A stretch of 64,000 bases of DNA, taken from Bdellovibrionota bacterium. GTDB lineage: Bacteria > Bdellovibrionota > Bdellovibrionia > Bdellovibrionales > JAEYZS01. The stretch spans positions 12,546 to 76,545 of the forward strand of contig CAUJEF010000007.1 in assembly GCA_963169515.1 (NCBI GenBank), read 5' to 3'. Each line of letters starts with the position of its first letter. Position 1 is the stretch's first letter. Under the pieces are notes generated by a model. It saw only the letters and a list, made by a program, of their open reading frames with translations. It made no database searches and had not been told where the DNA came from. Positions 26,642 through 36,800 of this stretch are shown one piece after another. Both the position numbers and the translations under genes were made by a program.

Positions 26642-27057
26642 TTTCCTGCTTGCAGTGGGCGTTGCGCATTCGACTTGCATTGGAATGTGGCGATTCCATA
26701 CGAGCTGCAATTGGAAGAAACCACAAAAAATCGGAATTCGATTTGAAATTGCAAGAATGGGTATTTTGTTTGGATCAAAAGGGAGATGCGACAAAGATTT
26801 TAACGCGTGTAGAGATATATGAACGTGCATTTTTTGAACTTATTCGGTCGGGGTTGAGCGGAAATAAAATTTATGAGCATCTTGTGGAGTATGAAAAAGA
26901 ACTCAAAGAAAAGTGTTTAGACGAAATCCAACGTGAAATAGATCTAATGCCATTTAAATTGATGATTCCGGTATTGTTATTTCAGTTTCCAGCCTATTTA
27001 CTTCTAGTTATGGGGCCTATTGTACAACAGTTTTTGGAAACCCTGGGGGGACAATGA
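26629..27057 (+). CDS. Short TadC-like T2SSF-domain protein
   Basis: 142 aa. It has LALECGDSIRAAI...FFELIRSGLSGNKIYEHL...EIQREIDLMPFKLMIPVLLFQFPAYLLLVMGPIV, a T2SSF-like C-terminal pattern. A 13-nt overlap links it to the upstream gene. Confidence 0.45.
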   Translation: MESLISCLQWALRIRLALECGDSIRAAIGRNHKKSEFDLKLQEWVFCLDQKGDATKILTRVEIYERAFFELIRSGLSGNKIYEHLVEYEKELKEKCLDEIQREIDLMPFKLMIPVLLFQFPAYLLLVMGPIVQQFLETLGGQ

Positions 27058-27482
27058 CGTTTTATATTTTATTTATGATTCATTTTGCTAAAGCGGACGA
27101 AATGTCTGATCTGCGTGAAAAATTGCTCTTGCAGGCAACCAATCAAACAACAATGAGCCAGAGCATGGAGCGATACAAAAAAATGCTATCACTTCAGGCG
27201 CAGTGTGAGTTTGAGCTAGAAAATAAAGATTTGCCAGGCAGTTGCTATGCATTTGTCCATTTTAAGCAAGGATTTGGAATTATTACCTCTGAAACAGAGG
27301 CAGAGCAGAAGTCGAGACTCGATAGGATTTGCATTCAAAGCGCGGAAAGGGGTGCAAAAGCGCCTGAGCACGACGAATTTCTTGGCAAAGAGTGTCAATC
27401 TTTGGTGAAAGCGAAAATAAAAAAACAAAATTATGTTTTGGAAGAGTCGAAACCAGAGGAATTAATTTTAGGAACACAGTAG
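27054..27482 (+). CDS. Secreted 4-Cys helical protein, unknown function
   Basis: 142 aa with a signal-like N-terminus (MTFYILFMIHFAKA) and four Cys. ATGA overlap with the upstream gene. Confidence 0.5.
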   Translation: MTFYILFMIHFAKADEMSDLREKLLLQATNQTTMSQSMERYKKMLSLQAQCEFELENKDLPGSCYAFVHFKQGFGIITSETEAEQKSRLDRICIQSAERGAKAPEHDEFLGKECQSLVKAKIKKQNYVLEESKPEELILGTQ

Positions 27483-27506
27483 TATGAGCTTTTAAAAGGG
27501 AGTGGC

Positions 27507-28325
27507 GTGGATACTCTTCAAGGGTTTATTTTAGGAATTGTTCAGGGGTTAACAGAATTTCTTCCTATTTCAAGTTCGGGGCATTTGGTTTTATTTCAGA
27601 AAATTCTACATATTGCCCACCATGACTTGGCATTTGATATGGCGGTGCACATTGCGACGCTTGTTGCGATCGTTTTTGTATTTAGGATATTTTTGGCAAG
27701 GCTCATAAAAAACAGCGCGAGCGCATTGAAAACAAAAAAACTAAATAGCGCGGCATTATTTTGTTGGTATGTTATTGTTGGTTCTGTCCCGGCGGCAGCG
27801 ATCGGCGTTCTCTTTAAGGATTTCTTTGAAAATCTATTTGAAAGCGGAAAAACGGTCGGATACGAATTCTTGATTATGGGGCTTATACTCTATTTTACGC
27901 GATTCAAAAAATCTAAAGGAGATCTTGGGCACTACGAAGAAGCCCTTGCGGATATGGGTCAGTTGAATGTCAAAAAAGCGCTCATAATTGGAGTTTCCCA
28001 GGCAATCGCAATTTCGCCTGCGATCAGCCGATCGGGGATGACAATCGCGGCAGGGCTTGCGGTTGGCTTGAGCCCCCGCTTGGCAAGTGTTTACAGCTTT
28101 GTGCTCTCTATACCCGTTATTGTAGGGGCCGCAATCTTGATGCTTAAAGACGTACAGATGGATCAGGCGAAATTGGCCAGTTATGGAGTTGGTTTTTTAG
28201 CCTCGCTTATTTCAGGGATTTTTGCTCTTGTTCTTGTCATTAAAATTGTAAAAAAACAGAAACTTGAGTATTTCTCTTACTACTTATGGGCGCTAGGGCT
28301 CATCGTCATATTTTTTGTAAGGTAA
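27507..28325 (+). CDS. uppP: Undecaprenyl-diphosphate phosphatase
   Basis: 272 aa with a GTG start. It has GIVQGLTEFLPISSSGHL and a later SRSGMTI motif. Confidence 0.9.
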   Translation: MDTLQGFILGIVQGLTEFLPISSSGHLVLFQKILHIAHHDLAFDMAVHIATLVAIVFVFRIFLARLIKNSASALKTKKLNSAALFCWYVIVGSVPAAAIGVLFKDFFENLFESGKTVGYEFLIMGLILYFTRFKKSKGDLGHYEEALADMGQLNVKKALIIGVSQAIAISPAISRSGMTIAAGLAVGLSPRLASVYSFVLSIPVIVGAAILMLKDVQMDQAKLASYGVGFLASLISGIFALVLVIKIVKKQKLEYFSYYLWALGLIVIFFVR

Positions 28326-28328
28326 ATC

Positions 28329-29300
28329 ATGAAGGTCGTCGATAATGTGCTCGAGCTAATTGGAAAAACCCCTCTTGTTAAATTAAGGGGTTGCGTACCA
28401 AAATCTTCCCACACTTTTTTTGCCAAGGTGGAGTTTTTTAATCCTGGTGGCAGTATAAAAGATCGGGTTGCGCTAAAAATGATCGAAGAGGCCGAAAAAC
28501 GTGGAGATCTCCAACCTGGCGGAACTATTGTTGAGGCGACATCAGGAAACACAGGCTTGGGGCTTGCATTAGTCGCACGGATGAAGGGCTATCGCTGTGT
28601 TCTCACGATCCCAGATAAAATGAGTGAAGAAAAGGTAAATACAATCAAAGCATTTGGAGCAGAGGTTATCATTACCCCCGCAAATGTTGAGCCAGAAGAC
28701 CCGCGCAGTCATTACTCGGTTGCAAAAAAATTTGCACTTGATCAAGGAGCGTTTCTTGCTAATCAATTTCACAACCCAGACAACCCAAAAGCACATTATG
28801 AATCTACAGGGCTAGAAATTTGGGAGCAGACGGGCGGAAAGGTAGACGTTTTTGTTGATGGAAACGGAACTGGCGGTACAGTTTCAGGAACGGCACGTTT
28901 TTTAAAAGAAAAAAAACCGTCAGTGAAAATCGTTTGTGCCGATCCAGTCGGAAGCATTCTTTATGACTTATACTATTATAAGGAAGTGCGGACGCCGCCG
29001 GAAAGATATGAAATGGAAGGAATTGGGGAAGATATGCTCCCCGGTAATGTTCATTTTGATGTTATGGATGAATTTGTTCGCGTCAAAGATAAAGATGCAT
29101 TTCAACTGTGCAGGGAAATAATGCTAAAAGACGGCCTTTTTGTGGGTCCATCGTCGGGTGCGGCCCTGGTTGCGGCTATTGAATACTCAAAAAAACTTTC
29201 AACACCGAGCACGATTGTTGTAATTTTTCCGGACAGTGGAGCCAAGTATTTAAGCAAGGTATTTAATGATAAATGGATGAAAGAAAAAGGTTTTCTATGA
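28329..29300 (+). CDS. PLP-dependent cysteine synthase / cystathionine beta-synthase family enzyme
   Basis: 323 aa. It has IGKTPLVKL, NPGGSIKDRVA and ATSGNTGLGLA. No CBS-pair domain is present. Confidence 0.85.
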   Translation: MKVVDNVLELIGKTPLVKLRGCVPKSSHTFFAKVEFFNPGGSIKDRVALKMIEEAEKRGDLQPGGTIVEATSGNTGLGLALVARMKGYRCVLTIPDKMSEEKVNTIKAFGAEVIITPANVEPEDPRSHYSVAKKFALDQGAFLANQFHNPDNPKAHYESTGLEIWEQTGGKVDVFVDGNGTGGTVSGTARFLKEKKPSVKIVCADPVGSILYDLYYYKEVRTPPERYEMEGIGEDMLPGNVHFDVMDEFVRVKDKDAFQLCREIMLKDGLFVGPSSGAALVAAIEYSKKLSTPSTIVVIFPDSGAKYLSKVFNDKWMKEKGFL

Positions 29301-30469
29301 AAACAGAATCTAAAAAAACAAATCAACCCAAATTTGAAACGCGAGCCATACACGCGGGACAAGATCCTGACCCAACGACAAATGCGGTGATGTATCCAAT
29401 TTATATGACAACAACATACGCACAGTCGTCACCGGGCGTGCATAAGGGATATGACTATAGCCGTGCGGGGAACCCAACTCGGACCGCGTACGAAAAATGT
29501 TTGGCGAGTCTCGAGGGCGGAAAATATGGATTTGCATTTGCATCAGGCTGTGCGGCTTCGACAACGGTGAGCGGTCTTCTTAAAGAGGGTGATCATGTCG
29601 TTGTTTGTGATGACGTTTATGGCGGAACGCGCAGATTGTTTTCTATGGTTTTAGACGACAAGGGCCTAGATTTTACGTTTGTTGATATGACCGATTTTAA
29701 AAAATTCGAATCTGCGATTAAAAAAAACACTAAATTGGTCTGGATGGAAACGCCAACAAATCCAACTATGAAAATACTAGACGTAAAAAAAATCACGACA
29801 TTTTGTCAGAAAAAGAAAATTTTAACTCTGCTAGATAATTCGTTTATGAGCCCTTATTTTCAACGACCGTTAGATTTGGGTGTCGATATTGCATATCATT
29901 CGACCACCAAATACATCGGCGGACATAGCGACATTCTGGGCGGGGCTTTAATTACGTCAGACGATAAGCTTGGCGAGCGAATTCAATATCTACAAAAATG
30001 TATGGGCACGGTTCCCTCTCCCTTTGATTGTTTTATGGCGATGAGAAGTATTAAGACCTTGGCCGTTCGCATGAAACAGCACGAAGAAAATGCAAAAGCG
30101 CTGGCCGGTTTTTTAGAAAAACAACCGAAGATTGAAAAGGTTCTTTATCCGGGTCTAAAAAGCCACCCTCAACACGAGCTTGCAAAAAAGCAAATGAGCG
30201 GCTTCGGCGGTATGCTTTCTTTCTATATTAAGGGCGGATTGAAAGAGACAAAAAGGTTTCTTGAAAACCTACAGGTATTTACTTTGGCAGAAAGTTTGGG
30301 TGGCGTTGAATCCCTAATGAACCATCCCGCAATCATGACACACGCCAGCGTTCCGGTAGATGTTCGAAGGCAACTTGGAATTACGGACAATTTGATTCGG
30401 GTGAGTGTTGGAATCGAACACGTTGATGATTTGATTGACGATTTAAAGTCTGCTCTCGCAAAAGCCTAA
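29297..30469 (+). CDS. Cystathionine gamma-lyase/gamma-synthase family (Cys/Met PLP enzyme)
   Basis: It has FETRAIHAG, YSRAGNPTR and HSTTKYIGGHSD (PLP Lys). The preferred ATG at 29297 overlaps the upstream stop (ATGA). Confidence 0.85.
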   Translation: MKTESKKTNQPKFETRAIHAGQDPDPTTNAVMYPIYMTTTYAQSSPGVHKGYDYSRAGNPTRTAYEKCLASLEGGKYGFAFASGCAASTTVSGLLKEGDHVVVCDDVYGGTRRLFSMVLDDKGLDFTFVDMTDFKKFESAIKKNTKLVWMETPTNPTMKILDVKKITTFCQKKKILTLLDNSFMSPYFQRPLDLGVDIAYHSTTKYIGGHSDILGGALITSDDKLGERIQYLQKCMGTVPSPFDCFMAMRSIKTLAVRMKQHEENAKALAGFLEKQPKIEKVLYPGLKSHPQHELAKKQMSGFGGMLSFYIKGGLKETKRFLENLQVFTLAESLGGVESLMNHPAIMTHASVPVDVRRQLGITDNLIRVSVGIEHVDDLIDDLKSALAKA

Positions 30470-30537
30470 AAACCCATAAAAAGTTTCTTTGACAAAATCT
30501 TGTCTGTGACTGAAAAATTGGCTTTTATTCAAACGTT

Positions 30538-30613
<76 letters not shown>

Positions 30614-30725
30614 TCTCTTACCGGGGTCCATTCCGGACGGCACTGATCTCTATCATGGAGACGAAACGCTGCGTCTCGCAGCTAATCTTGAGGTAATGAT
30701 CTTACCCCCATTTTTAGGCTAAAAT

Positions 30726-31994
30726 CTAAAAAACTACTGTGGCATTCATTCGAGTAAACGCAACAAACAATCCATGCAGAGTTCGATGGAGTAGCGTAAA
30801 GTCTGTTGAGAAATTTTGGATCTGCGAATTAAACAACACGCCGGAAAACAATTTGTAACCACGCTTAATGTAATCGCTATCTGTGCCGAATTTGTAGCTC
30901 CCATTTTTAAACGCATGCCCAATCCATTCACAATAGGGCTCGATAATACGCGCGAAAAATTCCTTATTAGAGCGATAGCCATCCTCAGAAATGTGAGCGC
31001 CACGGTTTTTATATTCGAGAAGCAAAAGATTTTTATCCTGCTGCTTATGATAATTCCAAAGAAGATTATAAAGTTGGACATCTTCAGATTTTAATTTTTT
31101 AACGGCGCCAAAATCGATTATTCCAATTTTTCCTCCGGAAAGAACCATAAAGTTGCCAAAATTGGGGTCGGCATGGCACATGTTGTGTTTAAAAACTGTA
31201 AATTTAAAGAAATCAAACAGAGTTTGTGCCACGAAATCGACGTGCTCTTGCTTGGGATTTGTTTCTAACCATTCGTCGATGTGCATCCCATCAAGAAGCT
31301 CTGTTGTAATAACAAAGGTAGAACAGTATTGCGGAAAGCACTCTGGAATTTGAATGTCTAAATTTTTATTTAAAGATCGAAAAGCCAAAGTATTTTGAAG
31401 TTCGTTTTTGTAATCAATTTCTTGCATTAGGCGCTCTTCAAGTTCGGAAAAAGTTCGCTCCAAAAGTGCGGCGTTAGGAAGCGGAGCGAGCGCCTTCCTT
31501 GCGAGGCTAAAATCACTCACAACAGAGGTGTCGATCCCAGGATATTGAATTTTAACAGCGACCTTTTTCCCATTCGTCAGTTTTGCGCGGTGAACTTGAC
31601 CTAGGCTTGCAGCGGCAAAGGCGTTTGACTCAAACTCTGAAAAAATATTTTCAGGATATTCCCCAAGCTCTTGTCGAATAACCTTTCTGATAACGGCTTG
31701 GTTTAAGGGAGGAACTTTGTAATGTGACTGTTCAAACACCTTCATGTATGCATCTGGTAAAATTTGTGTTTCACCGCAAAAAAGCTGTGCGATTTTAAGG
31801 GCCGTCCCGCGAAGCTTGCAGAGGCCGTCAAATATGATTTGAGCTATTTCATGATTTGCTTTTTCTTGTTCGCGTTGACGTTGATCCCTTGGAAGGAACG
31901 ATTTTTTTGCCATGGATTTAGCTTTTGTATATCCAACTCTCGCAGCGGTTTGTCCTATGATTTTATTTCTTGCGAGTTTTGATTTTGGAACCAT
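30726..31994 (-). CDS. ABC1/UbiB-family atypical kinase
   Basis: 422 aa. It has AAASLGQVHRAKLTNGKKVAVKIQYPGI and HADPNFGNFMV. Confidence 0.8.
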   Translation of the reverse strand: MVPKSKLARNKIIGQTAARVGYTKAKSMAKKSFLPRDQRQREQEKANHEIAQIIFDGLCKLRGTALKIAQLFCGETQILPDAYMKVFEQSHYKVPPLNQAVIRKVIRQELGEYPENIFSEFESNAFAAASLGQVHRAKLTNGKKVAVKIQYPGIDTSVVSDFSLARKALAPLPNAALLERTFSELEERLMQEIDYKNELQNTLAFRSLNKNLDIQIPECFPQYCSTFVITTELLDGMHIDEWLETNPKQEHVDFVAQTLFDFFKFTVFKHNMCHADPNFGNFMVLSGGKIGIIDFGAVKKLKSEDVQLYNLLWNYHKQQDKNLLLLEYKNRGAHISEDGYRSNKEFFARIIEPYCEWIGHAFKNGSYKFGTDSDYIKRGYKLFSGVLFNSQIQNFSTDFTLLHRTLHGLFVAFTRMNATVVF

Positions 31995-32727
31995 GATCTT
32001 TTTTTAAGAATTGTTTTTTGATTTCTTTTTGATTGTCGCTTAACGCGATATGCTTATCAAATCCTTTTAAAAAATACTCCCGGGCAAGAAAATATCCGAC
32101 GTCAAGTAGTCGGGCTAAAATGTTGCTTTTGAGCACCTCATTGAAAAGACCTAAACTTTTGTCCATCATCTGTGTGGTCTTTTCAAAGTTTTTAGAATCA
32201 TCGTTAAGCCAGAAATATATTACGCCAACATGAAAATCCCACAACAGATCGATGATGATATTTTTAACTGGTGGAGCGCTAAATTCGTTAGCCTCAATGG
32301 CGGCGTCCATTATTTTTTCAACATAAGATGTAAACAATTTTCGTTGTTCTTGAAAATAAACCATTGATCCTGTTAGAGTTGTTAGAAACAACGATTTAAA
32401 AGCACTGAGAACAAACGGACGATGCTTTTCAAATTGTTCAAGGTGCGTATCAATCAAAATTTGAAGTTGTTCAGCAAATGAAAATTCAAAAAAATTCGGA
32501 ATAGCTTCGACTTTTAATATTACATTTTTAAAACTTTCGCCGAAGTATTCGAACAGCAAGTGATCTTTTGTTGGATAATAACGATAGATCACCGCTTCGC
32601 TCATGCCCGCTTTTGCTGCGATATTTTTCATCGTAGCGTTTTTGATGCCCTCTTTTTGCATGATCTCTATGCCGGCGTACAAGAGGGTCTTGCGGTTTTC
32701 TTCTTTTTGCGCTTTTGAAATTTTCAT
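31963..32727 (-). CDS. TetR-family transcriptional regulator
   Basis: N-terminal HTH GIKNATMKNIAAKAGMSEAVIYRYYPTKDHLL. It is 254 aa, with a 32-nt overlap onto the downstream kinase ORF as drawn. Confidence 0.75.
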   Translation of the reverse strand: MKISKAQKEENRKTLLYAGIEIMQKEGIKNATMKNIAAKAGMSEAVIYRYYPTKDHLLFEYFGESFKNVILKVEAIPNFFEFSFAEQLQILIDTHLEQFEKHRPFVLSAFKSLFLTTLTGSMVYFQEQRKLFTSYVEKIMDAAIEANEFSAPPVKNIIIDLLWDFHVGVIYFWLNDDSKNFEKTTQMMDKSLGLFNEVLKSNILARLLDVGYFLAREYFLKGFDKHIALSDNQKEIKKQFLKKDHGSKIKTRKK

Positions 32728-32745
32728 ATAAACCTTTAACTATTT

Positions 32746-33495
32746 TTAGGGATTATTTGCAAGTGTAGTGTCCCGCGCATTTGTAATTTCAAGGGAAATC
32801 GTGCGAGCGCTATATTCGCTGCGTATATTTCCACCCACAGAGGTCGCCGCTTGTAAATGACCATTGTGAATGCGCACCACATCTAATGTTGCCATTCCGT
32901 CAATAAATTTGTCCTTCATATTTGAAGAATAAAATGTAATGGTTTTTTTGCTTGGGGAATAGGATCCGCTTACGGTTATCCATTTAGATTCACCGTTTGA
33001 AGAAGGTTGGTTCTGTGAAATTGTCGCTTCGATGGCATCACGGCTTTCTAGGCTATCGGTATTTACACTTACAACATAGTTGGATGCGGTATTTACCTCA
33101 GTGCTTGTCGCATTGACTGTTATTGGCTTCATGCCAATTTGATTTCGAAATAGGGACTCGTCAGGACCATAGAAGTCAATCACGACATTGTCCTGGAACG
33201 TGTTTGCGATCCTTTCTGAATAATAAGTTCCGATGACGGGAAACCAGGTTGAGTGAATTTTTTTATTATTTACAATCAGTCTTGCAGGCTCAACTAAATG
33301 AATTGTGTCACCGAATGCGCTCCCAAGTCGAAATTGTGCCCAAATAGAAGTGGCAGCTGAATCTGCATCATAAGACACAATGTAGTTCTGATGAATTTTC
33401 TCTGGATTGACTAAATCTGAATCCACGGTCTCCATAGAGCAGCCAAAGTTAAGTCCCACGCACAGAACAACTAGAATTTGCAATATTGATTTCAT
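32746..33495 (-). CDS. Lipoprotein, unknown function
   Basis: Lipobox-like LNFGCS after a signal peptide. I recognise no motif. Confidence 0.5.
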   Translation of the reverse strand: MKSILQILVVLCVGLNFGCSMETVDSDLVNPEKIHQNYIVSYDADSAATSIWAQFRLGSAFGDTIHLVEPARLIVNNKKIHSTWFPVIGTYYSERIANTFQDNVVIDFYGPDESLFRNQIGMKPITVNATSTEVNTASNYVVSVNTDSLESRDAIEATISQNQPSSNGESKWITVSGSYSPSKKTITFYSSNMKDKFIDGMATLDVVRIHNGHLQAATSVGGNIRSEYSARTISLEITNARDTTLANNP

Positions 33496-33898
33496 TTTAT
33501 ACCTCCTGCGGGTTGAAATATTTTATTATACAGCAACGTTACATTAACTATCAATATAATCGTAATTAATAGATAGGAACTTTACATAAAGCCAAAAAAT
33601 TATTGCGTCTCAAATGTAACCATATGAAATCACTGTGTTTATAATACATTTTGTAAGTTTCGAATTTTGAAAAAAGATTAGACTTTAGTCGATTCTGGTA
33701 CGGTTGGAGTTGCTGTGTGAAGGCAAGTGTACGGCGACCATATAAATACAAATTACAAAATTCATGACAAAATTCGTCCATTTAAGGGCATTGTAAGTTT
33801 TATAATCATATAGTCAGGGCATCGTCCCAGTTTCGACCTATGCTATACTCACAGCACTTAATCAAATCGGGGGAGAATGGGTAAGTTGGGGCAGCTTC

Positions 33899-36800
33899 AT
33901 GATACGCTTTGGAATCAAGTTTTTATTGGTGTTCACGTTGATTATCCAGCTCAGTGTTGGTTCAACCCCGTTTGCTTTTGCGGCTGCGGGTGATGGTTCA
34001 GATTCAAATCCGCTCACAAAAGCGGTCGTAGAAAATAAGGAACATGTAGCGCTCTGGGATAAAGCTGCTCAGGCGATGGAATCTGGGGCCGAGCTTCCAA
34101 ACCAAGACCCAAATCCATTTAGCCTTGGTAACCAAAGCGTAGAGATTAACGGACGAACCTATTCTTTCAACGATTACCATGTTTCGTTGCCGCCAGTATC
34201 CATTACCGGATTACGGGTCGTGTACGACGAGCAAAATAAGCGGCTCGTCCTGGAAGGTCTTCGGGGCCAAAATGATCGCGGATTAAATGGAACGGTTGTG
34301 GCACGTCATTTTATTCCAGACGTTGAAGTTGCAGCCATGGTTCGTGATGAAGAAATTCTGACGATTGTTGATTCTAAAGGATCTTTGCATGTCGTCTCAA
34401 TGGATTACGTAGCAAAAAACATTTTTAGTTCCCCTATCCCTGTATTTAAAAATTTGTGGACATCATCGGAATCGCTTGAAGGACAAAAACTTTCAGTTCA
34501 TATCGCTACGCCGGGATTGCGGCCGCCTGAAATACAAAAAAACTCGGTTGTTCCCCTGGATGAAAAGGGAAATATTCATATTGAGTCCGGGGACTTGTTT
34601 GTTTTTAAAGGCGAAGGTTCACAAAGGGAGCTGGTGGGTGCGTTTTCGCGAAAAGTAACTTATGAAAAAATGATTCGTGGGTTTAAGTCGCTGCAACAGA
34701 TGGTATTACAAATATATCCAGCAAACGTCGAACAAGCGCTTGCGCGATCCATTGTTTCAGAATTAGAGGGTCTGGAAAATAAGTCACAGGCGGAAATGGA
34801 CCCCAATACAATGCCCGCAGCGATGCGAAGAGCCCTTCTTCATATTTCAAACAAACAGATGCTAAGCATAGGCGGAAGCATACATCAGCAACAATCACGG
34901 GTTGGTCGCCAGTTTCATTTGCTTGTCCAAAATGATTGGGAAAAAACATTTGACGAGCTTGAAAAGATCGCGCGTGCGCAGTCTGAAAAGCTCGGGATTG
35001 AAGCAAGTGGTAATCAAGACTCGGATGCGGCCTACAAAAAAAGTCAAATCGATTCATTTCTTGAGGCCGGAGATCTTTCAACAATTTGGCAAAACCTCTA
35101 CCGACAATCAACATTGATGCCGACCATGAAGGTAACAAAGGAACAGAAGGCGTGGGTCAAAAAGGCAAAAGAAATTTCATTTAAATATTTAGCACCCATG
35201 ATGGTGGTTGGCGCAGCCTTTGGTGTCCCATATGCGTACGAGCATTTTGAAACCCTAAGGCAAGTTCAAGCGCTAACGTGGATGTATGAAAACGCAATCC
35301 CGGATGTTGTGAAAGAAGGGGAGTATCGCCTTCCTCTTTTTGCAAGTACGGTATCTCTCCTTGCGCTGTGGCCGGGGTCAGTTTCTATATCATGGGCAAT
35401 GGGCCGTGGGCTGAAGGCGCTTTCTGCCGCCGTGTCGAAGAGTACCTCAAAAATCGCACAAGGCATTCGTGACGTAGCAAAACAATGGGTTCCGCTCACA
35501 AACTGGCAACGGATTACAAGCTTTGGTATGAGATTTTATGGAAATCTTATTTACCCGGCAGTGCAAACGGTTCTTAACAAGGCCCTTCGCCAACCGACAA
35601 TGATTTCGGCATGGAACCAGGGCCTGAACCCATTTAAGACTATAGCGCCTGGTTCTGTTATTGGTCAGAAAATAGGGCTTAAAAAACCAACGCGCGCGGG
35701 GGTATTAAACCCTTTTTCTCGGGGAGATGACAGAGAGCAAGTTAAAAACACACAACTTCAAATCCAGGCAATGTTAGCGGAAAGAAAGCTTCGCATTGAA
35801 AATTTATCTCTCAAAATTGCAACTTTAGTGGTCGCAGAAAAGGAAAAGGTAGATCCGGCAACAATAGACATGATCATGAGAGGAGCTCTGGATCCAGCAA
35901 AGCTGGAAGAAATATTTAAAAGTAAAGATCTACAGCGGGAATGGGAGCGAACCCAAGATACCGTTGCGCGGTATTTAGACGGTCTGGGCGAGGGATATTT
36001 TGATCAAGACACGAAAGAAATATCACGTGATATGGTCGCAAAGCACTATGCGTATGCAAAAGACATTGTGAAAAAAATCAAAGAGCAGAATAAAAAACGT
36101 CGATATATAGATCATCTGTGGCATCAGTCACGCATCGGGTTAAAAAAATCACGGGAAACATTATTTAATTTAGGTGTTCAAGACAGTCAGTTTTTGAAAA
36201 CAATATTTACGAACAAATATGTATCCGAGCAAACGGAAAGAGGATTTGTATCTGATCATCTGATGGTGGTCTTAATAATGGCGTTTATCGGTGAGCGGGC
36301 AGATCTGTCTGATCCAAGAAACCTAGCGGCGAATGCAAATGAGGCGCTTTGGACAAATCCACCGCACTGGTCAGATGTTGGCTCTAACACGTACGCACAT
36401 TTTTTTGTGGCAGGGTCCAAGCGGGCGTTAGTATTTCAATCTGTAAAACCGGAAGATTCTTCTGCATATGAGCCCGTAGAATATTTATGGACAGATAGTT
36501 TGAATCGCAGAGAGGGCATTGGTCGGACTGCTTACCAGTGGGTTCGTAACGTAATAGATCCGCGCCGCTCTGATATTGGACAAATTGCCTTAAAAACTTT
36601 TTTCAAGCGACTTACAACCATTCAAGCTGCTTTTGTAATGACGCTGGCTTTTAGAATGGGATTAGGGGGGCAAGATTTTGGTCAAGCGATGCTGGGATGG
36701 TTATTATTTTTCTTTGCGGGTCAGTGGTATTATGCGTGGCCGTGGGACGTTATTGATCGGGGGACACATCTTGAGGGCGAGCGCATCGAGGAAATGAAAA

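Noticed and set aside
33566-33781. 71-aa ORF in the AT-rich region upstream of the giant gene
   Set aside because: Its composition is driven by AT-rich DNA (Tyr/Phe/Lys/Asn-rich). It has no SD and lies antisense to the likely promoter region. It is treated as non-coding leader.
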